NCBI GenBank assembly: GCA_965198115.1
Contig: OZ240241.1
Coordinates: forward strand, 1,376,001 to 1,440,000
DNA length: 64,000 bases
From: Candidatus Latescibacterota bacterium
GTDB lineage: Bacteria; Latescibacterota; UBA2968
Direction: 5' to 3'
The notes below the pieces were generated by a model. The model did no database searches. It was not told the DNA's origin and worked only from the letters and a program-made list of their open reading frames with translations. This document shows, piece after piece, positions 1 through 10,348 of the stretch (within the stretch, counting starts at the first letter, position 1; the number at the start of each line of letters is the position of its first letter). Both the position numbers and the translations under genes were made by a program.

Positions 1-1591
1 CATCGCCGCACTGGTCGCCCCATTGACCCAGAAGGTAGGCGTCACGATTGGGCAGTGCGATCGCGAACGGATTCCGGCCAACGGTCTCGTCAACCCACGT
101 CCGCAATGCGAGCAGGACCTCCCGCTCGATCTCCTCGAACGCGGCCCCCGGATCGGCGTTGATCCATATGTCGAACCCCTTGTCATCCTTGAGATAGGCC
201 TTCGTGCGGTCCCAGTCGATATCCCCCTCGAGGACTTGATCCTCATCCACACCCCTTGCCCCGGGCTTCAACACCGTAAACCCCTCGTCGACCAGGAACT
301 TCCGAATATTCGCGATCCGCACGTCCGGCGACGCACCGTGATCGGCCAAGACACCCACATACGTCGAATCATCCGCACGATCCCAAAGCCTGCCCAGAAC
401 CCGATCCCCCACGATGTACGACTTACGAAACATCTCCATCGCGTCGTCTTCCGTCGCCTTGTCATAAGCCGGACAGACTGGATCGACTTCGTGAAGGTGG
501 ATGTGATTCAAGTAGTCGAATAAATGCCAGTGGCAGATGAAAAACGCGCAGCCCTTCTCGTGAAGCATGTAGTTGGCCACATCCGCGAACCAGAGCCCCT
601 ATACTCACACTCCTCGAGTGCTGTATCGAAGTCACACATCCCCGCCGTGTAAGGTGTCATCGAGGCGTGCTCCTGGTAAGGTCCGAACCGCTCGACCAGT
701 TCTCGCGCCAGATCGTCGGGATAGCTGAACCCGTCAGCGTATGTGACCTGTGTGCGATACAACTTCAGATGCGATCCGTCGGGGGCTATCTCCATCGGTT
801 TCACACGAAACGAGGCGCGTTGTTCGCGACCGTCGATCTGGAACTTTTCGGTCGCCCACATAGACCACGACCCGGCGGTCGCCTTCGTTACGACCTCCTT
901 CCCGTTCCGGCCCCGGCAAAGCCGGAGCGTATCGTAGCCCCGATCCGAGGAGTCCAACAACAGCAGACCGAACGACGTCGTCTCACCACCGAGCCTCGCC
1001 ACGACCTCGATCTCGGAAGCCAGCGGAGGAGCGTGGCCATCCGGCAGGTTGTCCCACCCGGCGGCCTCCTGGAGCATCGGAATCGTGGTCACGCTCTGTT
1101 GTGACGAACGGGGTGCGGTCCCGTCGTGATCCATCGTGACCGTCGCAGCGGCATCCGCCGTCGTATACGCCTGGCACGAAGCGACTTCGTAATCCGTAGC
1201 GGCGTGTCCTGGATGGCCGAAGCCATCGACCACGTAACCCTTCTCCACGGCCGACGGATGCGCAGCAGGATAGTGAACGGCCACACCCTTCAACCCCTCG
1301 CGCTCGAGCGCATTCCAGATTCTCTCGGCGTTGTTCGCCGGGCCGGAGAAACTGTCGATGCGTTCGCCCGGAGCAACTTCGACCCGCCATCGCGACACGC
1401 CGTGGGTGCCCGTATGCGTCCCCGTCGACAGCGTTGCCCAGTTCGTCGGCGTCCAAACCGGAAAGGATGGCAATGTCTGATTGACCGTACCCCCTTCCAG
1501 CATCCTCGTGAAATTCGGGAGAACACCTTCCCGGGCAAAGTGCTTCATCATCGGCGTGATGAAGCCATCCATGCCGTACGCACAAATTTTT
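1..1591 (-). pseudogene. Alkaline phosphatase / type I phosphodiesterase (NPP) family protein, frameshifted and IS-interrupted
   Basis: ORF 508-1572 has GMDG and TPTNWATLSTG motifs. The frame shifts near 600 and continues as ...DYLNHIHLH...LADHG past the window edge. The GTG start and RBS (3023-3037) are stranded on the far side of ISL3 copy 1. Confidence 0.8.
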
Positions 1592-3011
1592 GGCTATATC
1601 CGGATCTCTCAACGAGATGAAGTGGGTGAAGGTGCCGTGGTTCCTGGCATGGGGGCGCGGTTAGAGTGTGCGGAACCTCTTCGGAATCTGCTCAGGGATG
1701 TTTATGTCTCCGACGGTAAGGAAGATCATATCGTTGAATGCGTCGAGTGTGCGGAATCCGCTGGCTCGGTTCTTGACGATTTGGACGATTCGGTTGAGGC
1801 CTTCGGCGATGGCGTTGGTAAGACGCGTGTTCACGAATGCGAGGACGCCGAAGAAGTGCTGTCGCAGGGTCCTGACGAACTTTCGCAGGGGTTCACGTCG
1901 ACTTCTGAGTGCGGACGTCGTCCAGCATTTCAGGAAGCGTTCGGCAGCCCAGGGCGCTTTGTATTCCCAGAACTGCTCGAACTCGTCCTTGAGTCTCCAG
2001 GCTCTATAGATTCGGTAGTTCGCCTCCTCCAGTGCTTTGAGTGTCCGAGTATCCCCTCTGGAGCGTGTCGCTGAGTGCCGGTAGAGGAGCCATCGGAGGC
2101 CCTTCATGGCTTTGCGCTCATCCGGGGCAGCTTTACGCCACTGGTCCTTACGGACCTCGTCAACGGCGGCATTGAGAGCCTTGACGATGTGAAAGCGATC
2201 GAGGACCAGCTTGGCATTCGGACAGTGTTCCTGGATGGCTCCGATGTAAGCTTCGCTCATGTCGCAGCAGGCCCACTCGATCTTGGATCTCCGGTAGGGA
2301 CTGAGAGCCTCTGTGAAGAACCGATCGATCGTTTTACGCGCCCTGCCGCGGCCAACCCACACCACGCAGGAGCGGTCCAGATCGTAAACGAGCGTGGCGT
2401 ACCTGTGACGCTTGGCGTAGGAGATCTCGTCGATCCCGATGGTTTTGAGCCCTCGGATACGATGACCTTCACGAAGCCGCGTGATGGATCGGTGAAGGAG
2501 ATCCGACAGCGTCGAGGCAGAGATGCGCAGTAACTCGGACGCCGCCTTCTGCGTCATGGTCTGGCAGTAGCGCAGCATGGCATACTCGAAGCGATACGTC
2601 ACCCGAGAGAACCGCTCCGCCCACGGAATCTCCTCGACCACACGACCGTGGGTAGGACACCGAATCTCCCGAGGATGGTAGAGAAGCCAGACCCTCCACC
2701 CGCACACCGGAATGTCACGCCACCGACGCGGATGGGGCATTGTGCGGACGATTTTACCTCGACGGCCGCACTCCGGACAACAACAACCATTCTTATGTGG
2801 CTTTACGGCGATGACGAAACAGCTTCTCCCCTCAAACCACCAGCTGACAACACGGAACCCCTTGAATCTCAGCAGTTTCGATAGTAATCTGCTCCCGGTC
2901 ATAGGTCGCACCCCCTTCGCTTTGATTGTCCTACACACACAACCAAGCGTAGGGAACGATCTATGACCTTGTCATTCTATAGTTTCACCGTTGAGAAACC
3001 CGGATAGAGCC
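1592..3011 (-). mobile_element. ISL3-family IS, copy 1
   Basis: IRs ggctatatccggat / atccggatagagcc-like, with an AT-rich target repeat (attttt) on both sides. Near-identical to the other copies. Confidence 0.93.
1661..2938 (-). CDS. ISL3 transposase
   Basis: Zn-finger CPECG...CPTHG, IGIDE, CDMS, DRFH and TNAIAEGLN motifs. Confidence 0.93.
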   Translation of the reverse strand: MCRTIKAKGVRPMTGSRLLSKLLRFKGFRVVSWWFEGRSCFVIAVKPHKNGCCCPECGRRGKIVRTMPHPRRWRDIPVCGWRVWLLYHPREIRCPTHGRVVEEIPWAERFSRVTYRFEYAMLRYCQTMTQKAASELLRISASTLSDLLHRSITRLREGHRIRGLKTIGIDEISYAKRHRYATLVYDLDRSCVVWVGRGRARKTIDRFFTEALSPYRRSKIEWACCDMSEAYIGAIQEHCPNAKLVLDRFHIVKALNAAVDEVRKDQWRKAAPDERKAMKGLRWLLYRHSATRSRGDTRTLKALEEANYRIYRAWRLKDEFEQFWEYKAPWAAERFLKCWTTSALRSRREPLRKFVRTLRQHFFGVLAFVNTRLTNAIAEGLNRIVQIVKNRASGFRTLDAFNDMIFLTVGDINIPEQIPKRFRTL

Positions 3012-3101
3012 ATTTTTTTGGCCACGTCTCTTCCTCCAGAGTCGCAAAAGGCCCGATGACACGCGTCACCGGGCCTCCGTGATGGTGCTTTCTATAGCTT
3101 T

Positions 3102-3914
3102 CTACGCTGAAACAGTGACCCCATCGACATGTTCTTCGAAGAGGTCCACGTTCTTCCGAATCATTTCGGGATCGTCCTTCGTGAACATGCCTACGTGCGC
3201 CACATCACCCGCTCGCATGTTGTCCCGCATGTATTCGAAGCCCTTCAGGATCGGCCGGTTACCCGCGGCAAACACCTTGTAGTGAACGACCGGCGTCGGC
3301 ACTGTGGCGATCACCTCGAGCATGGCTTCCCGATCGATATCTTCCCACTTTTCGCCTTTGTCGGTGTGATGCGGGGATAGGGAGCGATCCGTTGGGTTGT
3401 AGTAACTGCACATCTGGAAATCCACGTCCAGATGATCCCGGATCCAGGCGTGCGCGCCGAACATGTGTCCCGCGTATCCAGCAGCAATGTCGCCCTCGCG
3501 CATCAGGTCGAGGGACTCTTCGAACATGCCCCACTGTTCGGTCGCGAACCAGTTGTCGACAATCCCCCCGTGGATGTAAGCGCCGTTGCAACCCAGGTCG
3601 ATTGCCCCCTGAAGCCACCTGCGCCACGCCTCCGGATCGTCCCGCTCCCTGCAGATCTGAGCGAACCACTGGATCTTCCCGCCCTCGTCCCAGTACTCTC
3701 GCAAAATGCCGAAAATGTGGTCGTCCGTACGCCCGAAGAACGTGTTGATCCCTGCTTCTTCTGCCTCGTGAAGCGTTTCCTTGATCTTCTCCGGCGTGAA
3801 GAAGTCCAGCATTTCCCGGCTGCGTTCCTTCGTCTGATGGGCAAAACCGCTGAACGGATTGCCTCCGATACAGAGCCCGGATACCTGGACACCACCGATC
3901 GGGACGATTCTCAT
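3102..3914 (-). CDS. Conserved hypothetical protein, AKR-like TIM barrel
   Basis: 270 aa with N-terminal VSGLCIGGNPFSG and YKVFAAG, plus an RBS (ggagag). Confidence 0.65.
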   Translation of the reverse strand: MRIVPIGGVQVSGLCIGGNPFSGFAHQTKERSREMLDFFTPEKIKETLHEAEEAGINTFFGRTDDHIFGILREYWDEGGKIQWFAQICRERDDPEAWRRWLQGAIDLGCNGAYIHGGIVDNWFATEQWGMFEESLDLMREGDIAAGYAGHMFGAHAWIRDHLDVDFQMCSYYNPTDRSLSPHHTDKGEKWEDIDREAMLEVIATVPTPVVHYKVFAAGNRPILKGFEYMRDNMRAGDVAHVGMFTKDDPEMIRKNVDLFEEHVDGVTVSA

Positions 3915-4419
3915 GGTCTCTCCTTGGACGAGTCAGGGCCTGACTTCACTCTCGCCATCCAACTGAAGGAATATAGGCACAGAACGGTCGACGCACACCG
4001 ATGCTGGCGCCCCTCGCTAGCTGAGCGAAGGTCCAACTACGGAAAGCCCGTCGGCGTTGTGCAGAGCACGAGGGCGAGTGTGGCGCATTTACATTTTTGG
4101 AAAAACAACGCATTGCGCTCGTCCCTATGCTGTACACAGGGACGTATAGCTGTACGGCGCGATCAGATGCCCGCTACGCCAAGAAATACGCAGGCTCCAT
4201 ATCCGCCCACCACTCGCCCTCTTCCCGATCCTCCAGCGGTTTCTGACACGGCTCGCAATGCGTCCACCATTCCTGTGTCTTCGGATCTGCCGCCATCTTC
4301 GCGTTGTCGGCGTCGATGTCGTCGCCCGTGTACTCGAAAAACATGAACAGGTAGTGATTTCCGTCTGGCAACTTGCGGAGAAAGATGTTGAAGTTCTCCA
4401 TGTTGCACTGCTTGATCAT

Positions 4420-5793
4420 GAGCTCAGGTCAATAGGTGTGTAAAAGAAATCAGGCGGCCATCTTCCCGGCTTCGACCTGCGGTCCGGTTGAGTGTTTCTG
4501 ATCGTAGACTTGTTGTAGCAAGTGTGGCGCGGTGAGTTTCCTGAATCGGCTCTCTGCGACCTTGAGCGTACGCCAGATGAGAGTCGTGGCGTTCCTGACT
4601 TTCTTGAATCGCCTGGCGGCGTTTGTGCGAAGCCGAACGGAAGCAAAGGGGCTCTCGACGACGTTCGTGGTTCTCAGGTGTTTCCAGTGTTCCTTCGGGA
4701 AGTCGTAGAACGTGACCATCCGATCCCAGTCTCTTTCGAGCGTCTCCACGGCGGCAGGGAACTGTGAGCGATACCGTGCGGCAAAGCGTTTCCGGAGCTT
4801 CTCGGCCTCCTTTTTCGTGCCGGCATAGGGGATCTGGACGAGCAGTGCGCGGGCTTCAGCCTGTGCACGCTTGGCGACCTTGTCGAGCACGTTGAGGATC
4901 TTGTGGTTCCAGCACCGTTGTTGCCGGCTCTCTGGCCAGACCTGATCAACGGCCGCCCAGATGCCCATATTCCCGTCCGCGGCGATCAGGACAGGATGTT
5001 CGAGCCCGCGATCCCGGAGATCCCGGAGCACCGTGAGCCAGGATTCTGTAGACTCTCGATAACCGGGTTCTATCGCCAGGATTTCCTTGCTGCCGTCGCT
5101 CATCGCGCCGATCACGACCAGCAGACACGCCTTCTCGCGCTCGAGCCCGGCTTTGACGTAGATGCCATCAGCCCAGGCGTAGACCAGTTCGCGATTATCC
5201 AGACGCCTTTCTTTCCAGTCCTGGAAGTCGACCTCCCACTTCCCTCGAAGACGAGCGATCGAGGTCGGCGAAAGCGGCGCGCCATCACCGAGCAGCGCAC
5301 GCAAAGACAACTCGAAGTCGCCCTGGGAGAGACCGTGGAGATAAAGGTCGGGAAGCAGATCTCCAATGGCCCTGGTTCTCCGGGCGAACAGGGGGAGGAT
5401 GCGGCTTTCAAACCGCTCTTCCAGACCACGAACCCGGGGACGCCGGACCTTGATCGTTCCGCAGCTCGTCGAGAGACGCCGGGGCTTGCCGTAGCCGTTC
5501 CTGTAGCCCCTGGAGCTATCGACCTCGGCTCGGCGCTCATACCACGACCGGCCCAAGAACGCGGTCGCCTCCTCCTCCAGAATGGACTGGAACCGGCTCT
5601 GGATCTCTTCACGGATCCAATCGTCAACCGTCTCCCACGTCGGCATGGACTTCAATGGGGTTCTATGCGTATGTTCCTTCACGGCGATCCTCCTTCCCAA
5701 CCGGGCCTCTCACCCGGTTTTGTGTGAATCAACTATCTCACGGGAAGGGTAGGGTCGCCCTTTCTCTTTTTCCACACCTTTTGATTATAGCTC
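4420..5793 (-). mobile_element. IS256-family IS type A, copy 1
   Basis: Imperfect IRs gagctcaggtcaataggtgtg / gagctataatcaaaaggtgtg, with 9-bp TSD cttgatcat. Confidence 0.95.
4450..5700 (-). CDS. IS256 (mutator-type) transposase
   Basis: YRNGY, WADGIY, ADG, QRCWNH and RTTNVVES motifs. Confidence 0.95.
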   Translation of the reverse strand: MGRRIAVKEHTHRTPLKSMPTWETVDDWIREEIQSRFQSILEEEATAFLGRSWYERRAEVDSSRGYRNGYGKPRRLSTSCGTIKVRRPRVRGLEERFESRILPLFARRTRAIGDLLPDLYLHGLSQGDFELSLRALLGDGAPLSPTSIARLRGKWEVDFQDWKERRLDNRELVYAWADGIYVKAGLEREKACLLVVIGAMSDGSKEILAIEPGYRESTESWLTVLRDLRDRGLEHPVLIAADGNMGIWAAVDQVWPESRQQRCWNHKILNVLDKVAKRAQAEARALLVQIPYAGTKKEAEKLRKRFAARYRSQFPAAVETLERDWDRMVTFYDFPKEHWKHLRTTNVVESPFASVRLRTNAARRFKKVRNATTLIWRTLKVAESRFRKLTAPHLLQQVYDQKHSTGPQVEAGKMAA

Positions 5794-5984
5794 CTTGATC
5801 ATCGACTCCACTTCGGGCCAGACATTCCGATGCAACTCCATATACTCATCCAACTTCTCTTCCCGGACCCCTATAACCTTTCCATATCGTTTTCGATCCG
5901 CCATTCCAAGACCTCAGATCTCAGACTGTCACCCGGACCCCGCCCCAAGTTACTCCTCGTTACTTACTTACCGGCCTTCAGCTC

Positions 5985-6653
5985 CTACGACGCATCGTCC
6001 GATTCCGCCAGGCCATCGGTCTGGTCGTCCTTGAACTCGATGCTCCAGTGCGACCCATCGCAAAAGGGTTTATTCTTGGACGCCCCACACCGGCAGAGGG
6101 CATAGTGCTCCCGCGAGGCCCCCTCACCCCACTCGACCTCGAGCAGCTCGACGCCACCGACGACCTCGTACGGACCGTCTTTCGAAACGGTGATCGCCGG
6201 CGACCGATCCTGGTCCTGATGTAACACACCGTCGACCGTATAACTGAGGGCGCCGGACGGACACTGCCGGATCGTATTGATCGAGGCGGCGGCTTCGTCG
6301 CCATCTGGGTCGATCCACGGTTCGGTTTTCATTCGCCAGACGTGAGGCAAACCCTCCGTGCAGGCCCCCGCGTGCGAGCAGATTCCCCGGTTGTCGTGGA
6401 TGGTGATCCCTTTTCCCACGTAGTCGTCTACCTGATCTGGGGACCGATCGTCCAGTTTCTCGTCGGAAAAGCCATTGGACGCGTGGGTGCCGTCGCAAAA
6501 CGGCTTGGTCTCTGATCCGCCACAGCGACACAGCGCAATCACTGGCTTCGTCGGAATGGCACCACCTTTGGAGTTGCGTAGATCCTCCAGTCCCTTGACC
6601 AGGAGGGGTGCGTCTTTCGCGAGTTCGATCGTAGGCTTGTCCGCCATCTGCAT
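5985..6653 (-). CDS. CDGSH iron-sulfur protein (CDGSH - divergent 4Fe-4S - CDGSH)
   Basis: LCRCGGSETKPFCDGTH, CSHAGAC...CPSGAL and LCRCGASKNKPFCDGSH. Confidence 0.9.
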   Translation of the reverse strand: MQMADKPTIELAKDAPLLVKGLEDLRNSKGGAIPTKPVIALCRCGGSETKPFCDGTHASNGFSDEKLDDRSPDQVDDYVGKGITIHDNRGICSHAGACTEGLPHVWRMKTEPWIDPDGDEAAASINTIRQCPSGALSYTVDGVLHQDQDRSPAITVSKDGPYEVVGGVELLEVEWGEGASREHYALCRCGASKNKPFCDGSHWSIEFKDDQTDGLAESDDAS

Positions 6654-6876
6654 CTCCTTTGACGACTATGGTCCCGACTTTTGAAGTTGCTCTGCCTTTT
6701 CTGAGCCAATACTCTACCGAATGTCATCGATGTGGCGTAGCGATAGCCGTGGAGATCCGCCGAGTCACATCCCCGAATAGGGCCTCGATCCCAGGGCTGC
6801 TACCCATTCGTGTCCATTCGTGTTCATTTGCCTGCCCTGAGTAGCCACGAGAGTGGCGTATCGAAGGGTGGTTGCT

Positions 6877-7887
6877 CTACAGCTCGCTGAGCTCTACTCG
6901 CCGGCCTTCCTTCGCACTTTTTACTGCACCGAACACCATCGCCATTGACTTCAAATTGTCCGTCGCATTGCATTCTGGCTCACGGTCCTCATCCAATGCG
7001 GTCAGAAATTCACACAACACGGGGTTCAGATCCCCCGTTGTCGGTTCGTCCAAATCGATCTGCTCCCTGACTTGAGGGTCGGCTTTATGTCGCTTCGTGC
7101 AGAAGAGATCGAAGCCCTCCCAAGTCAACGTACCTTCGGGCCCCTCGTATCGCCACTCTCCGTTGTGACCGGCCGGCACGTGTCCGATCGTGCAGCCGAT
7201 TCCCCGATGGGTCGCTACGACGCCGTTCTCGAACTCGAAGTGAATCAGCTGACACGCATCTCCCTCGTGCCAGCCCCACGGCAGATTCCAGGTGATGGCC
7301 TGAACACTGACCGGCTCGCAATCGAGCGTGTAGCGCATCATGTCGAAGTGATGGATGCCCATGTCCGTCAGAAACATGAACGGCTCGGTCACGTAATGGC
7401 TTCCCGGATTGTCCGCCCAATCAACGTAGAGGGAGACATCCAGCTGCGCGACATCTCCGACACGTGACTCCGACAACAACCGCCGTGTCGTTCGGGGCAG
7501 GGGGTTAAACCTGTAGTTCTGAGTGATCATGTGAATAACACCGGCAGCCTTCCCCGCCTCCACGACGCGCTTCGCAGCCTCGTAGTCGTCGCTCAGCGGC
7601 TTCTCCCCCAACACGTGGAGCCCTGTATCGAATGCAGCCATCGCGATTGTTTCGTGAACGGACGGCGGCGTCACGTCGACGACGAAGTCCGCATCCGTTG
7701 CGGAGGCAGCGGCCGAAACGCCGCCGTGAATCGCGTCGGCAGCAACATCCCATTCCTCCACCGCACGCTTGATCGAAGCGTCTGCCATCTCCACGTATCC
7801 CACGAGCTCCACGTCGGGATGCTCGCGACAGTTGGCCAACCAGTGCCGGGATCGTCCGCCCAATCCCACAAGAATCGCTTTTTTCAC
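6877..7887 (-). CDS. Gfo/Idh/MocA family oxidoreductase
   Basis: GLGGR Rossmann start, EKP and DMGIHHFD. Probable start is the GTG at 7887. Confidence 0.88.
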   Translation of the reverse strand: MKKAILVGLGGRSRHWLANCREHPDVELVGYVEMADASIKRAVEEWDVAADAIHGGVSAAASATDADFVVDVTPPSVHETIAMAAFDTGLHVLGEKPLSDDYEAAKRVVEAGKAAGVIHMITQNYRFNPLPRTTRRLLSESRVGDVAQLDVSLYVDWADNPGSHYVTEPFMFLTDMGIHHFDMMRYTLDCEPVSVQAITWNLPWGWHEGDACQLIHFEFENGVVATHRGIGCTIGHVPAGHNGEWRYEGPEGTLTWEGFDLFCTKRHKADPQVREQIDLDEPTTGDLNPVLCEFLTALDEDREPECNATDNLKSMAMVFGAVKSAKEGRRVELSEL

Positions 7888-8015
7888 AAGCTCGCCCTTA
7901 TGTAATCGTAGTTCGTTGATGCCCGCCGATGAATCAACCACCCTCATCTTCTGCAAGCAAATAAAAATGGCCGCTCCCGATCGTGAGAGCGGCCATTTAC
8001 ATTCCTCTACTCCAC

Positions 8016-8691
8016 TCACGACAGCGTCACGACATCCTGCTTCACGATCTCCTTCTCCTCCTGATATCCTGCCTTCGAGATCAGCTCGAGGGTCTCGGGC
8101 GACAACCGATCCTTGATTTCATCGGGGAAGGACTCACTCCCCTGCCACTGGAGATGGTAACGCAACACGAGGATCATTCGATTCCGATCTTTCGGCGTCC
8201 ACGGCAGAACGCCGTGCGTCAGCGCCTCGGTGATGATGACCAGGTCACCCGCCTTCGGTGTGATGTTCACGACGCCAGAGGGCAAATCCGATCCATCCTC
8301 GACCATTCCCTCGTTGAAAAGACTGGGTGGACGCTCGAACATCGACTTGTGGGACCCGGGAACGGCCAGGAGGCCACCATCGCCCGGATGCACGTCCGTC
8401 AGATACGGAAAGACGACGATGTGATCGCTGAACACACGGCTGTCGCGTACTTCATACTGAACGGAGTCCCAGTCGTCCTTGGCGCAATGCAGACGCTGCG
8501 CCATGTCGAGCGTATCCGGAAGATTCACTTGAAGCGTGCCACTCGACAGCCTGGGTCGCCCCTTCGTCAACTCCTTCACGACCGGCCAGGCTGCCGGATG
8601 CATCGTCAGCCGCTCGAGCGTCTTGTCGAACGCGAAGCCGTGCAAATGACGCTTTTCCAGGATCTCGAATCCGGGTGGCAGGTCCTCGGGA
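8016..8691 (-). pseudogene. PhyH-family 2OG/Fe(II) dioxygenase, 5'-truncated
   Basis: GGLLAVPGSHK, AGD and THGVLPW. The 5' end is replaced by truncated IS256-B. Confidence 0.8.
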
Positions 8692-9511
8692 TCGGGAAGA
8701 CGGCTTCAATCGCTTCAGGGAAGCCGTTGAGCCCATCTACACAGGCCAGGAAGATATCGTTGACGCCACGGTTCTGGAGCTCGGTCAGGACCGACATCCA
8801 GAACTTCGCGCCTTCGTTCTGAGCCGTCCAAAGGCCTAAGAGCTCTTTGTTTCCTGATAGATTAACGCCCAACGCAAGGTAGACGGCCTTGTTCGTGACG
8901 CTTCCATCGTCTCGAATCTTGACGCGGATCGCGTCCAGATAGACGATCGGATAGATGGTGTCCAGAGGTCTGGACTGCCAGGCCTTGACCTCCTCGATGA
9001 CATCATCAGTCACACTGGAGAGCAGCGAGGGAGAGACATCGACCCCGTAGAGCTCCTTCAGGTGCTCCTGAATCGCTCGAGTCGTCATCCCACGGGAATA
9101 CAGCGAGATGATCGTGTCATCAAACCTGTCGAACCGTCTCTGGCGCTTTCTGACGATCTGGGGCTCGAACTCACCATTGCGGTCCCGAGGCACTTCGATC
9201 GGGATCGCACCACGGTCGGTCTTCAGTGTCTTCGGAGTCTTGCCGTTGCGGGAGTTACCACTGTTCTTACCGTCAGAATCGTGCTTCTCGTAGCCCAGGT
9301 GGTCGGTTATCTCGCTTTCGAGCATCCGCTCCACCAGCCCGGCAGTCAGTTGCTTCAGCAGACCTTTCTCGCCCAGTAGGTCATCGGGACCGTCACAGTT
9401 CTTGATCAGCTCATCGAGGAGACGATCGACTTCAGCATTCCTGGCCATAGAACCTCCTGTTTCTTCACTATAGGATTCTATCACCAGTTACACGGTTAAT
9501 CTTACACACTC
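8692..9511 (-). mobile_element. IS256-family IS type B, 3'-truncated
   Basis: Tnp motifs RNG...[11 protein letters not shown]...YLDAI...DGL break off at PEAIEAVFP. Left end gagtgtgtaagattaaccgtgtaac at 9511. Confidence 0.88.
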
Positions 9512-9714
9512 CGATGACGAAGCAGCTTCTCCCCTCAAACCACCAGCTGACAACACGGACCCCCTTGAATCTCAGCAGTTTCGATAGTAATCTGCTCCCG
9601 GTCATAGGTCGCACCCCCTTCGCTTTGATTGTCCTACACACACAACCAAGCGTAGGGAACGATCTATGACCTTGTCATTCTATAGTTTCACCGTTGAGAA
9701 ACCCGGATAGAGCC
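9512..9714 (-). mobile_element. ISL3 left-end remnant
   Basis: Near-identical to 2809-3011, cut by IS256-B. Confidence 0.9.
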
Positions 9715-10327
9715 ATAAAGAAGACCACGTCGCCCGCCTTGCATATCGGCTGATAGACCGCCCCCAGATCGTCCTCACGCCACCGAACGCCTTGGGGCAT
9801 CGTGTATTTGGACTTGTGGCTACCCGGAACGCATGAAAAACCCCCTGCACCCGGCGATTGGTCGGCCAGTTGCCAGGAAACCGTCACGCCACCGACCCAG
9901 TGGTTTTCACCGTTGTGATGGTACCCCACCCAGGGTTTATGAGGATCTCCGGAGCCGTGCATGCCGCCCCCGTCCATTCCCTTTACGTGCGAGATGATCT
10001 CCGGGCCGTGGTCCAGACGGAAGCCCCTCCCACACATCTCCAGCAGATGGGAAACGATCAAAGGATGCGCCAGCATCGCCCTGAACGGATCGCAATAGGG
10101 CTTTTCCATCTCCAGGAAGTGAGGATGCTGGTTGCTCGTGCGAACGACGATTCCATCCCGAATCGCCGCCCGCCCGGGGCGATCGCTCGCCTCCTGTTCC
10201 ATTTCGAGCACCTTTTGCGCGTAGAACTCGTAGGATTCGTTCGCCGCTTCAACCTGCGCCGGCGACAGAACCTGGCGGAGAACCAGGTAACCTGTCAGAT
10301 CCCAAAAATAGCGCTTTCGTGCGAACG
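9715..10327 (-). pseudogene. PhyH-family dioxygenase, 3'-truncated by ISL3
   Basis: RYFWDLTGYL...FRLDHGP...VPGSHK...AGDVVFFM then the IS end. The start codon appears mutated (ACG). Confidence 0.8.
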
Positions 10328-10348
10328 TGACCCCCTCCGACGGCTTGC

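Larger units (their letters stand above)
4174..5904 (-). pseudogene. rhaM: L-rhamnose mutarotase split by IS256-A copy 1
   Basis: 5' part 5794-5904 (MADRKRYGKVIGV...EYMELHRNVWPEV) joins 3' part 4174-4419 (NFNIF...QEWW...EGEWWADME) across the 9-bp TSD cttgatcat. Confidence 0.88.

Noticed and set aside
4903-5727. Recurrent 274/171/152/113-aa ORFs inside IS copies
   Set aside because: They are shadow frames of the transposases, repeated only because the IS is repeated.
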